Origin: Gammaproteobacteria bacterium
GTDB taxonomy: Bacteria > Pseudomonadota > Gammaproteobacteria > Eutrophobiales > Eutrophobiaceae
Reading direction: 5' to 3'
Assembly (NCBI GenBank): GCA_965243205.1
Contig: CBDEUK010000002.1
Coordinates: 320,001 to 384,000 of the forward strand
DNA: 64,000 nucleotides
Part shown: in pieces, positions 21,603 to 29,615 of the stretch
Position numbering within the stretch: the first letter of the stretch is position 1
Layout: the number at the start of each line of letters is the position of its first letter
Position numbers and translations under genes: made by a program
The notes under the pieces: generated by a model
What the model saw: the letters and a program-made list of their open reading frames with translations, nothing else
Database searches by the model: none
What the model was told of the DNA's origin: nothing

Positions 21603-22277
21603 TTAAAGTACCTCGTAGATGAGTGAATAACGTCCCCAACTGGTATTCGTTTGGTTGTAATAAATCCCGTTTCCTGCAGGAACAATGAACATCGGCTCCT
21701 TGTGGTCATGACGACCGGCCGAGACCATCAACAACGTGCAGGCATTACCATCATCGAATCCCGCTGGCGTGGTGGCTTTGTACATAATTCGCATTAATGG
21801 CGAAATGGAGACCATATCGATAGAGTAAACTTTTATACCGTTGACATTCGTAGCTGGCGGCACGATGGTAAACATGCTGGTATTGTTGAGTGCGTTATGC
21901 GCCGAAAGGGTATTCGATAAATCAATATCGCTGCTAATTTTCAGTGGAAAATCTTCGTTCTGTTCCATTAACACCGCATCATCTCTAATGCGTGACTCGC
22001 CATTCACAGACCAAAACTCAATGGTTAATGTTTTACCTGGCTGCGCTTCATTGGCTAGCCATAGCTTGGTGGTCGGCCACTTCTCAAACCGACGACCGTT
22101 AAAAATATCAACCGGCACATTTTCAGTTGAATTAAATCGTAACGTTGCCTTAGCACCGGGCGATGATGAACGGATTCGTAACTCGTTACACTGAACGTTT
22201 AATTCAAACAGTGAACGCGCAACCGATAAATCAATATCGATTTTACGAATCGGTAATAAGTCGAATTTATTACTCAT
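21603..22277 (-). CDS. Penton/spike-like protein, paralog 2
   Basis: Beta-rich; clearly homologous to 22277-22999; PM2 P1 position. Confidence 0.6.
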   Translation of the reverse strand: MSNKFDLLPIRKIDIDLSVARSLFELNVQCNELRIRSSSPGAKATLRFNSTENVPVDIFNGRRFEKWPTTKLWLANEAQPGKTLTIEFWSVNGESRIRDDAVLMEQNEDFPLKISSDIDLSNTLSAHNALNNTSMFTIVPPATNVNGIKVYSIDMVSISPLMRIMYKATTPAGFDDGNACTLLMVSAGRHDHKEPMFIVPAGNGIYYNQTNTSWGRYSLIYEVL

Positions 22278-22999
22278 TAGAGCACCTCATATTCCAACGC
22301 CACCCACGAGTTGGCATTGGCATTTTGTTGAACGTAAATACCCAAACCGGCAGGAATAATAATCACCCTTTCTAAATTTCCTGTTGTTCCACCCACGACC
22401 ATCATCAACGTGTGCGCCGCTGTATCGGTGTACGAACTCGGAGCAGAACTTTTCGCCATAAATCGCATCGATGCACTACTGGCCGCACTGGCTAACAAGA
22501 CCTTAATGCCATTCACATTTGTTGCTGGTGGCACGATGGTTTGTAAGTTGTTGTTAACAAGTTCGAAAAAATATTGACTCACCATCGTCGGCGGTGTTGG
22601 TGGGTCAGTAATACCTTGAATTTGCGGGTCTACGGGAAACTCTATATTTACAGGGTCAGCGTCATCGATTTTCACTAAGCCAACAATCTGAGCGACCAAC
22701 GCATCGTCTTCGATTTGCGTATCACCGACAGCCGTCCAGTATTCAATCGTTAATTCCGCGCCTGCTTGAGCATCGTTATCAATAAAAATTTTTCTAGTGG
22801 GCCAATTGGTAAACCGTCGCCCGTTAAAAATATCAATCGGTTTGTTTTGTGTTTGATTGAATCGAATTTTCGCTAAGGCATTCGCGCTGTTGGACGACAC
22901 ACGTATTTGATTACAGCTAAAAGTCAGCTCTTCTAAATTACGAGCGACTGATAAATCGAGTGATATTTTACGAACGGGCAACCCGTCAAAGTTGCTCAT
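22277..22999 (-). CDS. Penton/spike-like protein, paralog 1
   Basis: Beta-rich N domain, Pro-rich linker (DPPTPPT), beta-rich C domain; PM2 P1 position. Confidence 0.6.
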   Translation of the reverse strand: MSNFDGLPVRKISLDLSVARNLEELTFSCNQIRVSSNSANALAKIRFNQTQNKPIDIFNGRRFTNWPTRKIFIDNDAQAGAELTIEYWTAVGDTQIEDDALVAQIVGLVKIDDADPVNIEFPVDPQIQGITDPPTPPTMVSQYFFELVNNNLQTIVPPATNVNGIKVLLASAASSASMRFMAKSSAPSSYTDTAAHTLMMVVGGTTGNLERVIIIPAGLGIYVQQNANANSWVALEYEVL

Positions 23000-23454
23000 T
23001 TCTTACGGCCCTTTTTACGGTTAAACCAAAAGTACGCCATCGCACCGAGACCCAGTTGAACTTCGGGCTTTGATAAATTATCAGCGAGTTTTCGGAACGT
23101 CTCTTGACCTGACTCAACGATTTCACCGACCGTTGTTGTGAGTGCAGCAGTAGCCCCACTCGTTCGAGCAAAGTCCTGTGATACCTGTTCAAGTGCATCG
23201 CCGGCCGGCTCTAGAATTTGTTGTATATCCTCGCCCTGTAACCCTTGATTGGTAATTTCAAACGTTAAATCCGAATCGGGTGAGCCTGAGACTTTAATCG
23301 CGGTCGCGCTCGGTTTGTCGGCAACGACTGACCCTTCCGAGGTGTCATTAATCGTTCGTGTGTTCGTGGTGCTGTTACTGGACGACGAGGATTTCGAACC
23401 GCCACCGCGATACCCTGCAAACGGTAATAGTTTATTTTGAATTCGAGTAATCAT
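22996..23454 (-). CDS. PM2 P10-like virion membrane protein
   Basis: GGGSKSSSSSNSTTNT near N-terminus, C-terminal TM plus basic tail; position before spike. Confidence 0.6.
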   Translation of the reverse strand: MITRIQNKLLPFAGYRGGGSKSSSSSNSTTNTRTINDTSEGSVVADKPSATAIKVSGSPDSDLTFEITNQGLQGEDIQQILEPAGDALEQVSQDFARTSGATAALTTTVGEIVESGQETFRKLADNLSKPEVQLGLGAMAYFWFNRKKGRKK

Positions 23455-23891
23455 CGTTTATCTATCTGTTTAAGCATCACCAATTCACCCGGGACAAATC
23501 CATTTTCCAAATAGGTTTTAATCAGGCCCGGTCGCTTCACATGAGCGCGAACTCTGCTACACCCTTTTATCTGCCCGATTTCTTCAAGCAACGGTAAAAA
23601 CTCCATCATGAAACGCAACTCGCCAAAGTTACCGCCTACGGCGACAACAACACATTCCAGTCCGTCATATCTCAGTACGCAGCAACCGAAATCCGTCTCG
23701 CCATCCGTTGCGTGGTATAACTCACAATGACCGTTCATGACATCTCGCGCGCAATCTTCAATGCCGTAAATTTCATCCCACTCAACCGGCTCACACCATT
23801 GTCGAGCGGTGTAATTCCATTGGGTTTTTACGAGCTTGAGCGCCTTTTTTTCAGTAGTGTTTTCGCTATCATGTACCCGCCTATCAGCCAT
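23451..23891 (-). CDS. GNAT-like phage protein
   Basis: VLRYDGLECVVVAVGG...GCSRVRAHVKRPGL...GF pattern typical of degenerate GNAT folds. Confidence 0.55.
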   Translation of the reverse strand: MADRRVHDSENTTEKKALKLVKTQWNYTARQWCEPVEWDEIYGIEDCARDVMNGHCELYHATDGETDFGCCVLRYDGLECVVVAVGGNFGELRFMMEFLPLLEEIGQIKGCSRVRAHVKRPGLIKTYLENGFVPGELVMLKQIDKR

Positions 23892-24094
23892 AGTGCCTGC
23901 TCCGTAAATCGTTCTTTAAATGGCTCTCTTGTAGCCCCAATCGTCACATTGACCGAGGACGTATTCCCTTCAGATAACGCGGTCGATGGCGCAGCATCAC
24001 CGCCCAAAATACCTTCGAATGGACTTTTTCCATCGCCAACAAACGGCACGCCCGAGCCACCTGACACCCCGGACAACGCACTAAAAAAACCCAT
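23828..24094 (-). CDS. PM2 P8-like virion membrane protein
   Basis: Gly/Ser-rich, C-terminal TM and KKRR tail; syntenic with P8. Confidence 0.6.
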   Translation of the reverse strand: MGFFSALSGVSGGSGVPFVGDGKSPFEGILGGDAAPSTALSEGNTSSVNVTIGATREPFKERFTEQALWLIGGYMIAKTLLKKRRSSS

Positions 24095-24252
24095 TAATCA
24101 AATACCTCGTTCACCAACATGCCGGCCGCAAAACCGACAGCGGCTAATAAATACGGCTGGTCAGTAACGGCGGCTTTGGCTTTTTCAACCGTTCCGCGTG
24201 ACTGAAAACCGGTGTAAAGACTGGCTGCGCCGACAATTAGTAACAGCGGCAT
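24094..24252 (-). CDS. 52-aa membrane protein at the PM2 P4 position (not in ORF track)
   Basis: MPLLLIVGAASLYTGFQSRGTVEKAKAAVTDQPYLLAAVGFAAGMLVNEVFD; TGATG and TAATG couplings at both ends. Confidence 0.7.
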   Translation of the reverse strand: MPLLLIVGAASLYTGFQSRGTVEKAKAAVTDQPYLLAAVGFAAGMLVNEVFD

Positions 24253-24530
24253 CAATCGTCATCCATCACCATCAAAAACAAGAACGCGACCGCTCCATAG
24301 AGCAATGCATCGTTGTTTGAATTGGTGGTTTGTTGTGGGGCTGACTGAGTGACAAAAACCGTTTCCGGCCCCGGTGCGTGCAACGTGTCAAACGGTTGCG
24401 GCGCGCCGAGTTTTTCACGGATTTTAAACCCTAAGCCCTCGGTTACTGCTGGCTTGATACCTTCCAGTACATCACCAAACCAGCCCGAGACTCCCGGGCC
24501 AGTTGGTACGAATGAATCGAACGCGTTCAT
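24252..24530 (-). CDS. PM2 P3-like virion membrane protein
   Basis: Directly after MCP, GAGG RBS, C-terminal TM (LLYGAVAFLFLMV). Confidence 0.65.
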   Translation of the reverse strand: MNAFDSFVPTGPGVSGWFGDVLEGIKPAVTEGLGFKIREKLGAPQPFDTLHAPGPETVFVTQSAPQQTTNSNNDALLYGAVAFLFLMVMDDD

Positions 24531-24566
24531 AACATTACCTCGCTAATTAACGTATTTTGGTAATGA

Positions 24567-25544
24567 TTAAATACGGTCTGAAGAACCGCCGATAATCTCT
24601 TGTACGATAATCTCCGCTTGGTGATTCGCGCCGCCGTTCACATCCATGAACAGGTCGTATGCTGCGACCTCGGATAACTCGTGACCATGACCCGGCATCG
24701 AGCGCGGTGCTAAATCGATGAAGTACACACCCGTCCGAGGCGTTGCGATTTCATGGTTCATTGAATAACGAGCCTGATTCATTGCGCCCGTTTCCTTGAA
24801 TCGGACTTCTGAATCGGTCTCAACAATCAAGCTGTTGATGATGTCGTTCGCACGAACACCGTTGTCACGAGCAATGACCATTGCCGACATCACCATGCGA
24901 TTTTCGCCTGACAATAAGTCGACTTTTAATCGGTCATTGGTGTTGTTGATGTTGACTAAAATGGTACGTTCACGATGCAACGCGTAGTTGTTTTGTAAAC
25001 TGTTATTACGCACTAAGTCATGACTCATGACTTCAATGGTCGGCTCGACAGTCCAACTTAAAACAGTTGTTCCCGCTGGCGTTACTAAGTCGCTCGCATC
25101 GCCCCAATCCACGTTTAGAGTAAAACTGGTTACTCCGCCCTCGCGTGTCGCATCAAGCAATGTTGCATCTTGAGCGGCTCCGGCTTCAGGCATCCACAAC
25201 GGGATAGAGAAATACGCCTCAAATGGACGGTCACCTGTCGCAGTTCCCGGCGCGACGTTGTACGGCACAACACGGCCGCGACGAATATTTAATTCTTTGA
25301 GCGCCTTACCCGATAACGTTTTGACTGGTACGTTACCGTTGACCATGATTTCTAAATTTTTAATCAAGCTGAACGGCGCGTCTTCCAATACTGCGGTTGC
25401 CGCCGCCGTACCGATATTTAACGTACCTGATAATCGACAGTGAATTTCACGATACACGCGACCTTCATGCAGATTGATAAAACCCTGTGCATTTTGAGCG
25501 TAATTCAAAATGTCTTGAGAACGACGATAAGCAGTAATACCCAT
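24567..25544 (-). CDS. Major capsid protein, predicted double jelly-roll
   Basis: 325 aa of alternating beta strands in two halves (IKNLEIMVNG...; INSLIVETD...VYFIDL); between ATPase/P7-like and P3-like genes; GAGGG RBS. Confidence 0.78.
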   Translation of the reverse strand: MGITAYRRSQDILNYAQNAQGFINLHEGRVYREIHCRLSGTLNIGTAAATAVLEDAPFSLIKNLEIMVNGNVPVKTLSGKALKELNIRRGRVVPYNVAPGTATGDRPFEAYFSIPLWMPEAGAAQDATLLDATREGGVTSFTLNVDWGDASDLVTPAGTTVLSWTVEPTIEVMSHDLVRNNSLQNNYALHRERTILVNINNTNDRLKVDLLSGENRMVMSAMVIARDNGVRANDIINSLIVETDSEVRFKETGAMNQARYSMNHEIATPRTGVYFIDLAPRSMPGHGHELSEVAAYDLFMDVNGGANHQAEIIVQEIIGGSSDRI

Positions 25545-25569
25545 GATAAACCCTCTAAAAGTTAATAAT

Positions 25570-25593
25570 AAAAAACCGGGTAGGAACCCGGTT
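25570..25593 (-). terminator. Terminator-like hairpin between P7-like gene and MCP
   Basis: Minus strand AACCGGGT-tcct-ACCCGGTT followed by TTTT and ATTATT. Confidence 0.55.
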
Positions 25594-25599
25594 CATTCA

Positions 25600-25719
25600 C
25601 TAGCCGTTAACAATGCGGCGCAGTGGTGGCACTCGATTGATGATTGCTAATGTGATGGCAGTCATTACAACGCCGTTAACGATTTGATTAGCAGTCGGCA
25701 ATTTCACACTTGTAGCCAT
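25600..25719 (-). CDS. PM2 P7-like 39-aa membrane protein (not in ORF track)
   Basis: MATSVKLPTANQIVNGVVMTAITLAIINRVPPLRRIVNG; GGGAG RBS; pattern hydrophobic-N(R/K)V..LR as in PM2 P7; between ATPase and MCP. Confidence 0.75.
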   Translation of the reverse strand: MATSVKLPTANQIVNGVVMTAITLAIINRVPPLRRIVNG

Positions 25720-25815
25720 GAGTCGGTCTCCCGTTCGTTAAAAAAAATTACACGGCAATCATGGTCGTTACATAACCTCATTCAAGTGCTATTACGTATA
25801 CGTAAAAAGAAATTT

Positions 25816-26454
25816 TTACGGGCCTTTTAATTCGGCTTTTTGCATGCCATCGCCAAAGAAAAAGTACTGGTACGGCTGTAGTTCAACCAACTCTTTTGCC
25901 GTAACACCGGGCAAGGTTTTCGCGATGCGATTGGCATCCTCTTCGTACGTAAGACCGAATGACGTTATGTGCGATGCGTTCGATAAAAAGGTTTTATCAA
26001 CACCCGTCGGACGCTGTGATGTCCCCATGATAATCAAGCCATGTTGACGGCCAGTTGATACTAACTTTTCCCATTCAGGAATGGCGTAACCCGGCTCACT
26101 TACCATCTGAATTTCTTCAACGACACACATCAATGGGCCGCCATGTTTAGCGACTTCGTACGCGGTATCGCAAAAGACACCGAATTGCATTAAACGATGT
26201 TTTTGGCTGGCTTGGTTCGGGCGAAAGGCTTTACTGAACGGCTTGTCATACACGCTCGTTAAGTGACTGACCAATTTATCGCAACTGTCCGTCGAATCTA
26301 AATCGAACTCATGTTTGAAATCCCACACCATCAACCGAGTCGGCTTTAGTTCAGCGATGTCGTTTAATAGTTTGGTGGTTTTACCCATGCCGGTGCGACC
26401 GAAGTACGCCCGGACATTGGCTTTATGGATGTTATTATTTACGTTTACTTGCAT
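25816..26454 (-). CDS. FtsK/HerA-type (PM2 P9/A32-like) genome packaging ATPase
   Basis: Walker A GRTGMGKT, WD, Walker B VVEE, GRQHG, SQRP; likely start MQVNVNNN at 26454 after GGAG. Confidence 0.88.
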   Translation of the reverse strand: MQVNVNNNIHKANVRAYFGRTGMGKTTKLLNDIAELKPTRLMVWDFKHEFDLDSTDSCDKLVSHLTSVYDKPFSKAFRPNQASQKHRLMQFGVFCDTAYEVAKHGGPLMCVVEEIQMVSEPGYAIPEWEKLVSTGRQHGLIIMGTSQRPTGVDKTFLSNASHITSFGLTYEEDANRIAKTLPGVTAKELVELQPYQYFFFGDGMQKAELKGP

Positions 26455-27091
26455 GTGTACTTTTCTCCGCTTCCGCCCATGATGGTGCGTTAATCTCCGC
26501 CTCTTTGAATGCGGCTGGTTTTTCAGATTGTTGACTGGAATTGCTCTCGACTGGCTGACCATCTTCAGGCCATAGCACGGTTACTGTTGCTAGTAACAGT
26601 GGCCCAAAAAATAACGCGGCCGACATTTCATCGGATACTTTGCTGAGTGATTGAGCACTGTTACCGAATAAGGCTTTGAAATACGGCTTTTCCATGATGG
26701 GCGCTAATTTACTCGCACCCTCTTGGATGATGTCCGGCGTATAGATAGCCGCCATTTGTGGGTACTGCATCGACAGCGCAGCCACGACCGTTTCTATCAA
26801 TACCTTTGCGGCTTTACGGTTTTCTTCGAGTGCATCCTCTGGCGTGATGACCGTACCTTCAAGACCCGGTACACCACCGCCCTCTTGATTCGATTCAACC
26901 TGTGCCGCTCTCGCTTTTAAGTTTGCGAACGGGTCAGCGGTTCCACCATGTCCCGGTTCGGTCGAGCTCTGACTCGTCGTTTGGTTCTGGCTCTGGTTCT
27001 GGGTCTGACTCTGGCTCTGTTGGCTCGACCGGGTCGAGGTTTTCTTCTTCGATTTCTTCTTCGTGACTTTCGTCTGGGTCTGGTTTTCCAT
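26435..27091 (-). CDS. Phage membrane protein upstream of ATPase
   Basis: 218 aa with hydrophobic C-terminal segment (AALFFGPLLLATVTVLW); long 5' overlap with upstream gene, start uncertain. Confidence 0.6.
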   Translation of the reverse strand: MENQTQTKVTKKKSKKKTSTRSSQQSQSQTQNQSQNQTTSQSSTEPGHGGTADPFANLKARAAQVESNQEGGGVPGLEGTVITPEDALEENRKAAKVLIETVVAALSMQYPQMAAIYTPDIIQEGASKLAPIMEKPYFKALFGNSAQSLSKVSDEMSAALFFGPLLLATVTVLWPEDGQPVESNSSQQSEKPAAFKEAEINAPSWAEAEKSTHASKRK

Positions 27092-27275
27092 CGTCTATAG
27101 GTCTCATACGTTGTCGGATTAATTGGTCGGATTTATTGGAACGGGCGAAGTGCTGAGAGCCACACGCGCCGCATGTATACGTGGCCCACTTACGTTTTGA
27201 CGATTGCTTTACGATGCATTCCGCGCCACAGTTAGGGCAATCGATTCGCCCGATGACATTCGTCGGCTCAGTCAT
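26934..27275 (-). CDS. Zinc-ribbon transcription factor, PM2 P14-like
   Basis: CPNC...CGAC, acidic Pro-rich tail; GAGG RBS; follows rep and P13-position gene. Confidence 0.7.
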   Translation of the reverse strand: MTEPTNVIGRIDCPNCGAECIVKQSSKRKWATYTCGACGSQHFARSNKSDQLIRQRMRPIDDGKPDPDESHEEEIEEENLDPVEPTEPESDPEPEPEPNDESELDRTGTWWNR

Positions 27276-27426
27276 TTTTAAGCACCTCTCTGAGTAGTAT
27301 TACCAGCTCCAACATCAACGGAATCGCACGTTGTTGAGCAAACAACATGCGGGAACCTACCGATTCATTGGCTTTGGTTAATTCGGCTTGAATAGCCTGT
27401 AATTGTTGGTCGATATCAGGGTTCAA
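27268..27426 (-). CDS. 52-aa protein at the PM2 P13 position (not in ORF track)
   Basis: GGAGG RBS, TTG start overlapping rep stop; [52 protein letters not shown]. Confidence 0.65.
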   Translation of the reverse strand: MNPDIDQQLQAIQAELTKANESVGSRMLFAQQRAIPLMLELVILLREVLKND

Positions 27427-29027
27427 AGTGTTACCTCCGGCGGGGGTTGTGATAATTCGTGAAAATTTACGGGGGTAGCGGGTAATTCCCGCGTACAGTT
27501 ATTGACAGGACTCCAAGGGGCGTTTTGTTTTGAATCTCGTACAACACGCCACTCATGGAGTCTGGTTAAGATCACGTCAATGTTATCGGTCACGCCGTAA
27601 ACGATGTCACCTATCGGCTCACCATAACGACCCGGTTCGTCCGACCATGATTTACATACGTGAATTTTCAGATTTTTACGTTGTGTAACAGGGCCACCTT
27701 GTGCACGTACGTAATCAGCCCAGTTACCCACATCAGCGGCATAGCGTACGCGTTCAATCGATTCGGAATCGACTTCGTTACGTAAACGACGAAGTTCACG
27801 CCACACCCCAACAGGTGGGCCGCCGATTTGCTGGAACTGTCGTATACCCCACGCACTCGCCCACGCTCGGACGAGTGCAGCGGCTTTTATGTCAGCATCT
27901 TCGAGGCCTTCCCCGTCGATGTTCTTTGAAATGTACTTTGCAATGTAGGCGGTCGCCGACCCTTTGGACGGGTCGATTTCCTCAATTTTTAATCGGTGCT
28001 CTTTGGCCCCGGGTTCGTTTGGGGTGTCCTTAATGGCATGATGGAATAGAACGTCTTGAACGTCGGCACGTTGTTCATTAGGCATGAATAGCAACATATG
28101 CCAGTGGGGGCAGCCATCGTGATGCGGCTCAGCGATTCTAAATCCGAAAACTGGTAAGCCTTGACGATGTAACTTTGCTCGGACTCGCGACCACACACCG
28201 CACAGATATTGCTGTGAGTCTCGTGGTGTTGCGCCGTTGTAGTTCGGGTTTTCATTTCCTGTTTTCGATAGCCTTGCATGAAACCGTGACGGACACGTTA
28301 ACGTATAAAAATCGGCAACGTATCCCATGTCATTCGCTATTGTTTCAAACCCAGATAATCGACACATCAATTCGTTACGTCTTAGTGCCGGGTTCGATAC
28401 TGATAGCTCCTGCAACTCTGACAACGTGTATTCCTGACCGCTGTCATTGATTGCTATCATAGACTCTAAAAACGCTTTATTCCTTTGTATCGCTAATTGA
28501 ACTCGCTCAACTGTGCCATGACTCACATACTTGCTAGCCTTACAATGCACCATGCCGTTATCAATCGCGGCCGACTCTTGCCGTCTGGTTAAATCTTTTC
28601 GTAACTTACGTGTCCACCAATCAATGCATCGAAGCCGCGCCAATCTCGCATCCATTGGCAGGGTATCGCGAGGCGGTTGAATACCTGAACGCAACGCCAC
28701 CTGTTCACAGCTGCTAATATCATTACCGTACAACTTCACGCGCCCCACTCTATCGACAGCGAACGCACGCACGTCATCGTCCTTTGAATCAAGCCCTAAA
28801 CGGTCGCTTGCATAATTCGTTTCAATGTCTAAGAGGTAATGATTCGCTTTTTGTGACGAGACACTTTCATGTATTTTTTTATACGTTCCAGCGATAACAT
28901 CGCGTAAATCATCGGCTAATTTTGTGAAGATACGTCGACGAAATAACTTGTTGTCACGACCGACCCTATCATCTGGAAAACCCGCAAATATTAGCGGGTC
29001 ATCGATTAACAGCTCGGCTCTAGCCAT
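27423..29027 (-). CDS. Rolling-circle replication initiator, phage P2 GpA family (HUH endonuclease)
   Basis: [59 protein letters not shown]. Confidence 0.92.
   Translation of the reverse strand: MARAELLIDDPLIFAGFPDDRVGRDNKLFRRRIFTKLADDLRDVIAGTYKKIHESVSSQKANHYLLDIETNYASDRLGLDSKDDDVRAFAVDRVGRVKLYGNDISSCEQVALRSGIQPPRDTLPMDARLARLRCIDWWTRKLRKDLTRRQESAAIDNGMVHCKASKYVSHGTVERVQLAIQRNKAFLESMIAINDSGQEYTLSELQELSVSNPALRRNELMCRLSGFETIANDMGYVADFYTLTCPSRFHARLSKTGNENPNYNGATPRDSQQYLCGVWSRVRAKLHRQGLPVFGFRIAEPHHDGCPHWHMLLFMPNEQRADVQDVLFHHAIKDTPNEPGAKEHRLKIEEIDPSKGSATAYIAKYISKNIDGEGLEDADIKAAALVRAWASAWGIRQFQQIGGPPVGVWRELRRLRNEVDSESIERVRYAADVGNWADYVRAQGGPVTQRKNLKIHVCKSWSDEPGRYGEPIGDIVYGVTDNIDVILTRLHEWRVVRDSKQNAPWSPVNNCTRELPATPVNFHELSQPPPEVTL
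27495..27521 (-). other. P2-type replication origin (nick site) inside rep 3' end
   Basis: Minus strand GCCCCTTGGAGTCCTGTCAATAACTGT closely matches the P2 ori GCGCCTCG^GAGTCCTGTCAATAACTGT. Confidence 0.75.
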
Positions 29028-29176
29028 ACGACTTCATCGCCTTCAACTTCGGTAATTTCCAATTCATCGGCATTCACATCACAAAGAAAATGCTCAACGA
29101 TTAACGGTGAATCGAGCCGCTCAGGACACAAGTCAATGACTCGGTCGAGGGCCGACCTAAACTCACGCAACGTCAT
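29006..29176 (-). CDS. 56-aa acidic hypothetical early protein (not in ORF track)
   Basis: [56 protein letters not shown]; overlaps both neighbours. Confidence 0.5.
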   Translation of the reverse strand: MTLREFRSALDRVIDLCPERLDSPLIVEHFLCDVNADELEITEVEGDEVVWLEPSC

Positions 29177-29357
29177 CCATCACCTCGAACACCTCGTCCA
29201 CTCGCTCAACTGTCATGCGATGGTAGTTACCTTGGATACCGAATAAAGTGGGTTGAAATACGACTATGGAAATGGGTTTGATATGGTCTCGGATACCGAC
29301 AATCATCGCCGTCATTAACGGCTCTGTTCGGCCCTTCAATCGTGTGCCTACGTGCAT
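29163..29357 (-). CDS. Hypothetical first early protein
   Basis: 64 aa, GAGGA RBS, first gene of the leftward operon. Confidence 0.55.
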   Translation of the reverse strand: MHVGTRLKGRTEPLMTAMIVGIRDHIKPISIVVFQPTLFGIQGNYHRMTVERVDEVFEVMDDVA

Positions 29358-29511
29358 CGAAATTTCCTCATATTGATTAATTTTTTATCGGAACTCGAAA
29401 CAAGGAGGAGGCCCGAGAGCTAATCGGGCCAAAAATTTCGATGTTCCAGCAATACCAGATAAGCGGAGATTTTGGGGAATCAGCACAACATCTAGTGGTT
29501 GCTGGAAAAAC

Positions 29512-29540
29512 AGAATAGCTAAGTCACGCTTAACTAGCAA
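29512..29540 (-). promoter_or_regulatory. Predicted sigma70 promoter of the phage early (rep) operon
   Basis: Minus strand TTGCTA, 17 bp, TATTCT; overlapped by two palindromic operator-like boxes. Confidence 0.55.
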
Positions 29541-29615
29541 GTCTGACTTGAACTTCAATTGCTTACAAACATCAATTACACTTGACTATAACAACAATTA
29601 AGGGGAATCAGCACA

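Noticed and set aside
26455-26562. N-terminal 36 aa of the 248-aa ATPase ORF
   Set aside because: Overlaps the upstream gene; ATG 26454 has an RBS and gives a typical length.
20143-28450. Many plus-strand and alternate-frame ORFs inside the prophage
   Set aside because: They overlap a tightly coupled minus-strand operon and are expected by chance at higher GC.
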